A stretch of DNA of 64,000 bases from assembly GCA_910577375.1 (NCBI GenBank), contig CAJTLT010000001.1, positions 291,426 through 355,425 of the forward strand, read 5' to 3'. Below the pieces are notes generated by a model that worked only from the letters and a program-made list of their open reading frames with translations, had not been told where the DNA came from and did not search any database. This stretch comes from an uncultured Christensenella sp. (GTDB lineage Bacteria; Bacillota; Clostridia; Christensenellales; Borkfalkiaceae). How positions within the stretch are numbered: the first letter of the stretch is position 1; every line of letters begins with the position of its first letter. Positions 47,494 through 55,866 of this stretch are shown here, piece by piece. The translations under genes and the position numbers were made by a program.

Positions 47494-47847
47494 ATGAATA
47501 GAATTGACGGAAGATATTTAAGAGATTTAAGAAAGGAGCACGGATATTCAATACGCGCGTTTGCCGACAAAATTTATTCGTCAAAATCTACCGTGCAACG
47601 CTGGGAGCAATCTTTTTTACCGGAAGACGAATGTATCCTTGAAAAAGTTGCCGCAATTTTTAAATTAACTACAGACGATTTTCGCCGTCAATCTCTAAAA
47701 AAATATGGAAATAAAAATACAATTAACGATAACGAATATACACCAGAGCAACTTAATATTATGAAATACGGAATAAAATATTTATTAATTACTCTTATGG
47801 CTATGTCCGGAATGTTAATTGCAATTTTTGCTTTTATATTTATTTAA
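47494..47847 (+). CDS. XRE-family HTH protein with a C-terminal transmembrane anchor
   Basis: 117 aa with LRDLRKEHGYSIRAFADKIYSSKSTVQRWEQ (Cro/C1-type HTH) and a C-terminal TM IKYLLITLMAMSGMLIAIFAFIFI. Confidence 0.7.
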   Translation: MNRIDGRYLRDLRKEHGYSIRAFADKIYSSKSTVQRWEQSFLPEDECILEKVAAIFKLTTDDFRRQSLKKYGNKNTINDNEYTPEQLNIMKYGIKYLLITLMAMSGMLIAIFAFIFI

Positions 47848-47860
47848 ATAATTTAATAAT

Positions 47861-47894
47861 AAAAAAACCGCACATTTGAAACGTGCGGTTTTTT
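47861..47894. terminator. Bidirectional intrinsic terminator (HTH gene / ACP gene)
   Basis: aaaaaaaccgcac-atttgaaac-gtgcggtttttt. Confidence 0.8.
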
Positions 47895-47909
47895 AACGCA
47901 GATATTTAA

Positions 47910-48131
47910 TTAAAGCGACTGCAAAAGATTAACAACGTCGCCGACAGTTTTCAAAGTTGTAACCTTTTCTTCGGGAATAGTCTTGCCCGTATTTTCTTCA
48001 AGAGTATAGAGCAATTCGACCACATCCAAAGAGTCCGCCCCCAAGTCCTTTACTATTTCACTTTGTTCGGTAATTTTAGAAACGTCAACGTTCAACTGTT
48101 CGGCAAGTAATTTTGCTACTTCTTCAAACAT
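47910..48131 (-). CDS. Acyl carrier protein (stand-alone)
   Basis: 73 aa with the phosphopantetheine site LGADSLDVVELL. SD AAGGAGG upstream. Confidence 0.85.
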   Translation of the reverse strand: MFEEVAKLLAEQLNVDVSKITEQSEIVKDLGADSLDVVELLYTLEENTGKTIPEEKVTTLKTVGDVVNLLQSL

Positions 48132-48161
48132 CGTTATAATCCTCCTTAATAGTACTGTAAA

Positions 48162-48191
48162 ATTTTACAATATTAATATCGGCTTTGTCAA
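48162..48191 (-). promoter_or_regulatory. Candidate promoter of the ACP gene
   Basis: The minus strand reads TTGACA-18 nt-TAAAAT, immediately after the tex stop. Confidence 0.45.
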
Positions 48192-48192
48192 G

Positions 48193-50364
48193 CTAATTTG
48201 CTTTTTTATTAACTTGCTTTAAAGACAAGCCTATTCTCATTTTCTTTTTATCCAACGCGATTACAACGGCTTTAACCTGTTGTCCTACTTTCAATACGTC
48301 TGAAGGGTGACGAATATAACTTTCTGTAATTTCAGATATATGCACAAGCCCGTCCTGATGCACTCCGATATCAACAAACGCGCCAAAGTCTATAACGTTT
48401 CTCACTGTACCGTCAACAACCATACCTACATATAAATCGTCAATGCCCATAATATCTTTTCTAAGCTGTCTTTGGGGCAGACTATCGCGGATATCACGCC
48501 CCGGCTTTACAAGCTCGGAAATAATGTCATTCATTGTGGCTTTATCAAGTTCACAATATTCCGCAGCTTTATCCTCGCCGTATTCTTTTACTTTTGCAGG
48601 AAGTTCTGCAAGCTTTCCTTCTCTTACGTCTTTATCCGTATAACCGAAAAGAGCAAGCAGTTTTTCAGCTTTTTTATAGGATTCGGGATGAACGGCTGTA
48701 TTATCCATTATATTTTTTGCATCCGGAATACGCAGAAATCCAGCACACTGCTCGTATGCTTTTGCACCAAGTTTTGAAACTTTTAAAAGCTGTGAGCGCG
48801 CTGTAAATTTACCGTTTTCTTCACGGTATGCCACAATATTTTTAGCAATACCGGAATTTAAACCCGCAACATATTTCAAAAGAGAAACACTTGCCGTATT
48901 TAAATCAACGCCGACGTTATTAACGCAATCTTCTAAAACTCCGCCTAAAACACTGTCCAAACGTTTTTTATCCATATCGTGCTGATATTGTCCTACGCCG
49001 ATTGATTTAGGGTCGATTTTAATAAGTTCGGCAAGAGGGTCTTGCAATCTTCTCGCAATTGAAATCGCAGAACGCCTTGTCAAATCAAGGTCGGGGAATT
49101 CTTCAACCGCAAGAGGACTTGCAGAATAAACACTCGCACCCGCTTCGCTTACAACAGCATAACTTACATTCCCGTCCACTTCTTTTAAAAGTTCGGCAAC
49201 AAAAATTTCCGTCTCCTTACTTGCCGTGCCGTTTCCTATAGAAATTATATCTACGCTGTGCTTCTTAATAAGATTTTTGATAATACTTTTTGCGTCTTCG
49301 ATTTGTGCGGGTTTATGTACTTCAGGTATAGGATATACTACGCCCGTATCCAAAACTTTTCCGGTTTCGTCAACTACAGCCAATTTGCAACCCGTACGGT
49401 AGGCGGGGTCAAGCCCCAAAGTCACTTTTCCTTTAACAGGGGGTTGTAAAAGAAGCGGGCGCAAATTTACCTCAAACATTTTTATCGCTTGTTCGCTCGC
49501 TTTATCCGTTAAAATTGCGCGGACTTCACGCTCAATCGAAGGCTGAATAAGTCTATCATAGCCATCGTCAGCCGCCTCTTCAACTAATTTTACACAATCA
49601 GCATTGCCGTCTGCTTTAACATATTTGGCATTGCAAACTCTCTTTGCTATATCGGGATTAAAATATACTTTAACTTTTAAGCAATCTTCTTTTTCGCCGC
49701 GGTTAATAGCAAGAATTCTGTGATTTTTTATTTCGGGAACGAGTTCGGAATAATCCGCATACATTGCATAAGTACCCTTTTCATCGTCCTTGACCATTTT
49801 AACCTGCATTTCGCCATGATTCTCAAGAAGCGTACGAAGTTTCTTTCTGAGTTCGGCATTATCGGAAACTATTTCGGCAATTATATCTTTTGCTCCCGTT
49901 ATTGCCGTTTCAACGCTATCCACGCCTTTTTCTTCATTTATGTAGCTTTCTGCTTCTTTATAAGGATTGCCTTCTTGCGCTAAAATAAATTCTGCAAGCG
50001 GCTGCAAACCCTTTTCAATTGCAACGGAAGCACGGGTCTTTTTCTTCTGCTTATAAGGGCGGTAAATATCCTCAACCTCTGTCATTGTCTGCGCAGCGTC
50101 AATAGCCGTCTGAATTTCTTCGGTCATTTTATTTTGTTCTGTAATAGCCGAAGCAACTTCATTTTTGCGCTTTTCGAGATTTTTCAGATATTCGTATCTG
50201 TCGTTAAGTTCGCGCAAAATCTGGTCGTCGATAGCTCCCGTCATTTCTTTGCGGTAACGTGCAATGAAAGGAATGGTGTTTCCTTCGTCCAGAAGCTGTA
50301 AAATGTTTTTGACATGGTCGGGACGAAGATTAAACTCCTCTGTCAACTGTTGTGAAATTTCCAT
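48193..50364 (-). CDS. tex: Tex-like transcription accessory protein (YqgF/HhH/S1 domains)
   Basis: 723 aa with an N-terminal Tex helical domain (IPFIARYRKEMTG), a YqgF-like region (LGLDPAYRTGCKLAVVD), HhH and a C-terminal S1 (GMVVDGTVRNVIDFGAFVDIG). Confidence 0.9.
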   Translation of the reverse strand: MEISQQLTEEFNLRPDHVKNILQLLDEGNTIPFIARYRKEMTGAIDDQILRELNDRYEYLKNLEKRKNEVASAITEQNKMTEEIQTAIDAAQTMTEVEDIYRPYKQKKKTRASVAIEKGLQPLAEFILAQEGNPYKEAESYINEEKGVDSVETAITGAKDIIAEIVSDNAELRKKLRTLLENHGEMQVKMVKDDEKGTYAMYADYSELVPEIKNHRILAINRGEKEDCLKVKVYFNPDIAKRVCNAKYVKADGNADCVKLVEEAADDGYDRLIQPSIEREVRAILTDKASEQAIKMFEVNLRPLLLQPPVKGKVTLGLDPAYRTGCKLAVVDETGKVLDTGVVYPIPEVHKPAQIEDAKSIIKNLIKKHSVDIISIGNGTASKETEIFVAELLKEVDGNVSYAVVSEAGASVYSASPLAVEEFPDLDLTRRSAISIARRLQDPLAELIKIDPKSIGVGQYQHDMDKKRLDSVLGGVLEDCVNNVGVDLNTASVSLLKYVAGLNSGIAKNIVAYREENGKFTARSQLLKVSKLGAKAYEQCAGFLRIPDAKNIMDNTAVHPESYKKAEKLLALFGYTDKDVREGKLAELPAKVKEYGEDKAAEYCELDKATMNDIISELVKPGRDIRDSLPQRQLRKDIMGIDDLYVGMVVDGTVRNVIDFGAFVDIGVHQDGLVHISEITESYIRHPSDVLKVGQQVKAVVIALDKKKMRIGLSLKQVNKKAN

Positions 50365-50365
50365 A

Positions 50366-51052
50366 CTATCTTTTTAAACCTTTTAAAAATATTTTTTGTT
50401 CGTTTGAAAGGCGAAAACTTTCGCACGCCTTTTGTATTGCCTTGTTATGTGTCTTTTTATCTAAAAAATCTCCACTTAAATTCGCTTTCAAAAACTTAAT
50501 AGCCTCATCATAAAATTTTACCGTTATTTCGGCAATCAGCCAAGCCGCCGCCATATGAACATAATAATACTTTTGAGTATCGACTTCCTGCACGGTATCC
50601 ATTATGGTTCCGAGATATTTTTCTTCTACATAATAATGCAACAGCGTAGTAAGCGCAAATCTTTGGTAAAACTCTTTATCCTCGCTCAGATATGTAAAGA
50701 TAAACGGCAAAAAGTCCTCTTTATGCTTTGATATACATTTTGGAGTAAAACAATCGCAAGTCGCCCAATTATCTATCAGTAAAACACATCTATCTATGTA
50801 ATCAATAAAATCTTCGTATTTAAGAAGAGAAACAGCGGTCAGTTTTACAAAAGTTACCTCATAATAATCGTCCGGATAAGTTAAAAGAGTTTCAATTTCT
50901 GATTTATATTTTTTTGCAAGCTTTCTTAAATTCGGAATACGCACGCCTAAAACGTTTATATTATCATTTTTCAATAGCCTTTTGTGAAAATCTCTGTAAG
51001 TTTCATCTGAAAGGCTTTTAAGCTCGTCCAAAAACTCTTGATAAGATATCAT
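50366..51052 (-). CDS. DNA alkylation repair protein (AlkD-like HEAT-repeat family)
   Basis: 228 aa: N-terminus ...YRDFHKRLL...NVLGVRIPNLRKLAK, then a WATCD motif. This is typical of the DNA alkylation repair enzyme family. Confidence 0.75.
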   Translation of the reverse strand: MISYQEFLDELKSLSDETYRDFHKRLLKNDNINVLGVRIPNLRKLAKKYKSEIETLLTYPDDYYEVTFVKLTAVSLLKYEDFIDYIDRCVLLIDNWATCDCFTPKCISKHKEDFLPFIFTYLSEDKEFYQRFALTTLLHYYVEEKYLGTIMDTVQEVDTQKYYYVHMAAAWLIAEITVKFYDEAIKFLKANLSGDFLDKKTHNKAIQKACESFRLSNEQKIFLKGLKR

Positions 51053-51503
51053 ACCATTCCTCTTTTGAAAAGCGCGTATTTGCCGGACTTGTTGACGGAA
51101 GTTTTATGTATGGCGTTGAAATATCTCCGAAATTTTTTAAAAATATTTCATACGCCTTTCCGCCGTTGACTATTATAAGACAAATTTGCGAGTTTTGCAA
51201 TATCTTTTTAATATCGGCAACCTTAAAATTTTTTATGGTGCTGTCCTGGCTGCCGACGATTTCGCATTCCGTAACAATATCCCAAAGCGCAATATTGCGT
51301 CTTAACAAAAATTCTTTTTTGCCTTCCAACGTTTCGGGTATTTCTTCGCTGAAAAAAGAACAAATTGTTTTCCAAAAGCGGTTTTGCTTATTACCGTAAT
51401 AAAAATCCACAGCGCGGCTTTTTACGGAAGGAAAACTTCCCAGAATCAAAACTTTACTTTCTTTATCGTAAACTGGTTCAAAACCATGTTTTATAATTTC
51501 CAT
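51018..51503 (-). CDS. DNA-deoxyinosine (hypoxanthine) glycosylase-like, UDG superfamily
   Basis: Start chosen at MEIIKHGFEPVYD. Motifs ILGSFPSVKSRAVDFYYGNKQNRFW and LPSTSPAN. The ATG lies 1 nt after the upstream stop. Confidence 0.7.
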   Translation of the reverse strand: MEIIKHGFEPVYDKESKVLILGSFPSVKSRAVDFYYGNKQNRFWKTICSFFSEEIPETLEGKKEFLLRRNIALWDIVTECEIVGSQDSTIKNFKVADIKKILQNSQICLIIVNGGKAYEIFLKNFGDISTPYIKLPSTSPANTRFSKEEWYDILSRVFGRA

Positions 51504-51504
51504 T

Positions 51505-52740
51505 TTAAAGAGGCTTGTCCACTGCGCCAACAAGCGCGGACGCTTTGTTTTTATCGTTAAAATTCAACTCAACCGCGTCTAAAACGTCATTCAAAGTTAC
51601 AGAGCTGATTTTATTTACACGCTCTTCAAAATTATAAACCTTGTCGTTATAAAGCATTTCCTTGCCGAAAAGAAGCATTTGGGAATTCGTGCTCTCCTGC
51701 GAAAAAATCGAAGAAGAAATAAGCTGTTCCTTTCCCCTTATAAACTCCTCGTTGGAAATATTTTTACTTTTGATATCTTTTATACACTTATAAATTGCTT
51801 CTGCGGATTGCTCGTATTTGTGAGAATTTACGCCGGCGTAAATAGCAAGGGAACCTATTTCCGCATAGGTGGAAACAAATGAATAAACGGTATACGCAAG
51901 TCCCAAATCCTCCCTTACCGTTTGGAAAAGACGGGAAGACATTCCGCCGCCGAATATCGTATTCATAATCTGCGTGGCATCGTAAAACTTATCGTATCTT
52001 TTAACCGAAGGAAAAGCCATGCCGATATGCACCTGCTCGATATCCTTATGTCTGAAAAGTGATTTACCTTGCAATTCGATTTTTATTTCGTCGCGCTTAC
52101 AGCAACGGCTTTCCATTTGCGAAAAATACTTTTCCGCAAGGTCTTCTGCAAGCTTTATATCGATATTTCCCGCCATAGATATTACGATATTGTCGGGAAT
52201 ATAGTGTTTGCACATATAAGCTGAAATATCGGTTTTTGTAAAAGCCTCAACATTTTCAGCGGGTCCTAAAATATTTCTGCCGTATCCTTTTGTACCGTAA
52301 AAAGCACGTGATAAAATATCAAGGCACAAATCGTCGGGAGTGTCTTCGGTCATATTGATTTCTTCTATAACTACACCCTTTTCCTTCTTCATTTCATCTT
52401 CGGGAAAGGTGCTTTCAAGAAATAAATCCGCCAGAATATCAAACGCTTCCGCCGCGTGACCTGTAGTAGATTTCGCATAATAACAAGTCATATCTCGGCT
52501 TGTGAACGCGTTCATCTGACCGCCGATTCTGTCCATATCGTCAGATATCTGAAAAGCCGTGCGTTTTTTCGTGCCTTTGAACATCATATGTTCAATAAAG
52601 TGCGAAATTCCGTCCTCTTTGTCGTTTTCCGCCGACGAACCTGTATGCACAAGAATACCCATTGTCACCGACATAAGCGATGACATCTGATTTACAATAA
52701 GCCTTATTCCGTTATGCAACTTTTTGTAATATACCATCAT
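51505..52740 (-). CDS. M16-family zinc peptidase (insulinase-like, MlpA/YmxG-type)
   Basis: HFIEH zinc motif (H-x-x-E-H). Start set at MMVYYKKLHNGIRL by analogy with M16B N-termini. The 440-aa ORF-track start would overlap the deacetylase gene by 91 nt. Confidence 0.8.
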   Translation of the reverse strand: MMVYYKKLHNGIRLIVNQMSSLMSVTMGILVHTGSSAENDKEDGISHFIEHMMFKGTKKRTAFQISDDMDRIGGQMNAFTSRDMTCYYAKSTTGHAAEAFDILADLFLESTFPEDEMKKEKGVVIEEINMTEDTPDDLCLDILSRAFYGTKGYGRNILGPAENVEAFTKTDISAYMCKHYIPDNIVISMAGNIDIKLAEDLAEKYFSQMESRCCKRDEIKIELQGKSLFRHKDIEQVHIGMAFPSVKRYDKFYDATQIMNTIFGGGMSSRLFQTVREDLGLAYTVYSFVSTYAEIGSLAIYAGVNSHKYEQSAEAIYKCIKDIKSKNISNEEFIRGKEQLISSSIFSQESTNSQMLLFGKEMLYNDKVYNFEERVNKISSVTLNDVLDAVELNFNDKNKASALVGAVDKPL

Positions 52741-53441
52741 TCTCCTAAACATTGAGAAACCGTTGCGGTTTTCAAACCGTTTTCTCTTATGTAATTTAAT
52801 ATTTTCGGCAGAGCCTGCACCGTCCAATCCTTGGGATGCATTAAAATAAATTCCCCCGCAGTCAATTTTTTAGTCGCGCGCTGTACTACGGTATTAACGT
52901 CTTTATCGCGCCAGTCAATCGTATCCCTCGACCACATTATAACTTTCATGCCAAGCGAAGAACACGCAGAAAGCGTATTCTCATTATAAGCGCCTGAAGG
53001 CGGGGCAAAAAGCACAATTTTTTCACCGCAAATCATTTCCAAAAGCTTTATACTGGGGCGGATTTCTTCCAGATTTGCATCCACTGTCATTTTAGAGTGG
53101 TCTTTATGAAAATATCCGTGGCTACCAAGTTCGTGTCCGCGCTTAAAAATTTCGCGCACACAATCCACATTATCATCCGCCCAGCTTCCGCCGATAAAAA
53201 ATGTAGCTTTAGCATCATATTCTTCAAGAATATCAAGGATACCCAACACATTTTGCGTGCTTTCATATACGTTGAAAGTTAAAACAACTTCTCCACGGGT
53301 ATCGTTTCCGCTTGAGAACAGATTATCGTTTTCATAAATAACCGCCGCTGCGCTGCCGCTATAAAATCCGACAAGAGATACCCCAAGCACTACAACCATC
53401 AATGCGAGATTGGTAACAACCGTTATAAATTTGCTTTTCAA
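52737..53441 (-). CDS. Polysaccharide deacetylase (NodB homology) family protein
   Basis: 234 aa with an N-terminal TM/signal, ATFFIGGSWA, GHELGSHGYFH and LMHP motifs. The deacetylase + M16 pair mirrors ylxY-mlpA of Bacillus. Confidence 0.75.
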   Translation of the reverse strand: MKSKFITVVTNLALMVVVLGVSLVGFYSGSAAAVIYENDNLFSSGNDTRGEVVLTFNVYESTQNVLGILDILEEYDAKATFFIGGSWADDNVDCVREIFKRGHELGSHGYFHKDHSKMTVDANLEEIRPSIKLLEMICGEKIVLFAPPSGAYNENTLSACSSLGMKVIMWSRDTIDWRDKDVNTVVQRATKKLTAGEFILMHPKDWTVQALPKILNYIRENGLKTATVSQCLGE

Positions 53442-53503
53442 TTAGTTTACCCCTAAAACATAAATACTATTTATATAATATTACGTTTAAGAGCCCAACT
53501 TGC

Positions 53504-55864
53504 CTATTTAAGCTTTATAAAAGTAACTCCAGTTTCACCTTCGCCGTATTTTCCCAAGCGAAAGCTATCAACACTGCGATGCTTTTTAAGGTGTTCCGCT
53601 ATTGCGCTTTTTAGTTTGCCTGTTCCGACACCATGAATGACTTTAATTTCTTCAAGGTTATCCGTCACTGCTCTGTCAATAAAATTATCAAGTTCATAAA
53701 TCGCCTCTGGCACTGTAAGCCCCAAAACGTTTATTTCAAGCACCGGCATTGAACGGGGCAGTTTTTTAACTACTTTAATCTGTTTTTGTTGATTTTCTTC
53801 ATTCCCGATTAAAAGCAAATCTTTAAGTTTGAGATGCATTTTCAGACTTCCGCAAACAACTTCAGCCTCGTCTTTTTTTGCATTAAAACCAACAACTTGT
53901 CCTCTGCAATCCATAAGTTTAACATAAACAAAAACGCCTTCTCTAATATTCTGCACTGTTGCCGGCAAAAAGTCAACAGACTTTTTTCTGTCGCTCTCTT
54001 CTTCGTAAGCGCTGTCGTTAAGTTTATTTTTTAAAGTACGTGCGGCTATTAAGTCTCTTTCTCTAAGTTCTTCCTTTTTAAAAATCTGCTCTATCTCTGC
54101 AAGTATTTCTTCAGCTTTTTGAGTACGTTCCGAAATAATTCTTCTGCTTTCAATCCTTGCCGATCGGTTTATTTTTTCTTTTTCACGGTTTAGCTCATCT
54201 ATCTGTGCGTTTATCTTTTCAAGCTTTTGTTTCCATTCTGTCTGCATTAAAGAAATTTCAGTAAGCTTTCTTTCCGCTTCTATCCTGCTCTCTTCCGCAC
54301 GGCGGATAACATTCTCAAAATTTCTTGCCCCATCGGAAAGATAACTTTCAGCATCGGCCAAAATTTTCGCTCCCATACCAAGTCTTCTTGTTATAGCAAG
54401 CGCGTTACTTGCACCCGGCAGACCTATTTTTATACTGTATAACGGCTTTAATGTGTCGGAATCGAATTCCATACTTGCATTTTCTATCCCGCCTAAAGTA
54501 TAAGCAAATTCTTTTAACGGCGTAAAATGCGTTGTTACAATTCCTTTAACACCACCGTCAATCAAGTGCTTAACAATTGCCTTTGCCAACGCCTGTCCTT
54601 CGTCCGGATTGGTTCCGCCGCCAAGTTCATCAATTAAAACAAGACTGTTTTCGTCAGCGCAGTCGCAAATTTTTATTATATTTGTAATATGGGAAGAAAA
54701 TGTCGAAAGACTTTCTTCAATACTTTGACTATCTCCTATATCGCAGACTACATTTCCGAATATAGCAACAGAACTGCCATCGCAAGCAGGAATATAAAAT
54801 CCGCAAGCAGCCATAAGGCAAAACAGTCCGGTCATTTTGAGCGTAACCGTTTTACCGCCGGTATTCGCTCCGCTTAACAGCAAAAAATTATAATCCCCGC
54901 CAAGCTCCAAAGATACAGGTACTGCTTTGTTTTTATCAATCAGCGGATGGCGTCCTTTTATAATATTTATATATCCACGGTTGTTTATTTTAGGTCGCGC
55001 GCATTTATGTTTATAACCATATTCTGCAATAGCATAGCAAGCGTCAAGACGATACAAAACATCAATATTTGCGGTCAATTGCTCCGATATAGTACCTATA
55101 CGGTTAGACAAAGCCTTTAAAATCGCCTCGACTTCTTCTTTTTCGTCAATCGAAAGCGCAATAAGTTCATTATTGAGTTCAAGTATATATTCAGGCTCTA
55201 TAAAGAAAGTTGCGCCTGTTTTGGAACGGTCGTGGATAAACCCGCGCACATGGCTCTTATGTTCGGCTTTAACGGGTATAACGTATCTGTCGTTACGTAT
55301 CGTTACTATGCCTTCCTGTAAATATTCGCTATCCTTGCCGGAAGTATATTCTGAAAGTTTTTCCCTTATTTTAGCGTTAAGATTTTTAATTTTCGAACGT
55401 ATAGAATACAGACTTTCGCTCGCAAAATCGCTCACGTTATCAACGGAAATAATTTTTTCCGTAATATCTTCCTCAAGTCCTTTATCAAAATATAAGTTTT
55501 TGGTTAACGCGCGAACAAAAACAATTTCGTTATCGTCAATTCTTTCAATGGAAGTATAGGCAATTCTCGTCGCCCGAAGCAGTTCTGCACAGTTCAAAAG
55601 TTCGCCGCAAGATAAAACCGAACCTTTTTTTGCTCGGGCGATTTCATCCGAGGTATTTGAAAAGCACTCTATTTTTCCCGCGCCGTAAGTATACAAAAGT
55701 TTATCGCATTCGAAAGTGACGGAAAGTCTGTCCGTTGCTTCACGCAAATCAGTTGACGGAAAAAGGTTGGTTATAATACTCTTACCGCCGTCTGTTGTTG
55801 CATATTGTGCCGCAGAATAAAGTATTTTATTAAGTTCAAGCTTTTCAATACCGTTTAAATCCAT
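53504..55864 (-). CDS. mutS2: Endonuclease MutS2
   Basis: Walker A SGANTGGKTV, a DELGGGTNP motif, a coiled-coil region and a C-terminal Smr domain (IKVIHGVGTGKL). ATG 55864 is preferred, though an in-frame TTG at 55870 is possible. Confidence 0.92.
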   Translation of the reverse strand: MDLNGIEKLELNKILYSAAQYATTDGGKSIITNLFPSTDLREATDRLSVTFECDKLLYTYGAGKIECFSNTSDEIARAKKGSVLSCGELLNCAELLRATRIAYTSIERIDDNEIVFVRALTKNLYFDKGLEEDITEKIISVDNVSDFASESLYSIRSKIKNLNAKIREKLSEYTSGKDSEYLQEGIVTIRNDRYVIPVKAEHKSHVRGFIHDRSKTGATFFIEPEYILELNNELIALSIDEKEEVEAILKALSNRIGTISEQLTANIDVLYRLDACYAIAEYGYKHKCARPKINNRGYINIIKGRHPLIDKNKAVPVSLELGGDYNFLLLSGANTGGKTVTLKMTGLFCLMAACGFYIPACDGSSVAIFGNVVCDIGDSQSIEESLSTFSSHITNIIKICDCADENSLVLIDELGGGTNPDEGQALAKAIVKHLIDGGVKGIVTTHFTPLKEFAYTLGGIENASMEFDSDTLKPLYSIKIGLPGASNALAITRRLGMGAKILADAESYLSDGARNFENVIRRAEESRIEAERKLTEISLMQTEWKQKLEKINAQIDELNREKEKINRSARIESRRIISERTQKAEEILAEIEQIFKKEELRERDLIAARTLKNKLNDSAYEEESDRKKSVDFLPATVQNIREGVFVYVKLMDCRGQVVGFNAKKDEAEVVCGSLKMHLKLKDLLLIGNEENQQKQIKVVKKLPRSMPVLEINVLGLTVPEAIYELDNFIDRAVTDNLEEIKVIHGVGTGKLKSAIAEHLKKHRSVDSFRLGKYGEGETGVTFIKLK

Positions 55865-55866
55865 AA

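Noticed and set aside
52741-52827. Long N-terminal extension of the M16 peptidase (440-aa ORF)
   Set aside because: It would overlap the deacetylase gene by 91 nt and add a non-homologous N-terminus. M16B proteins begin close to the MVYYKKLHNG-type segment.
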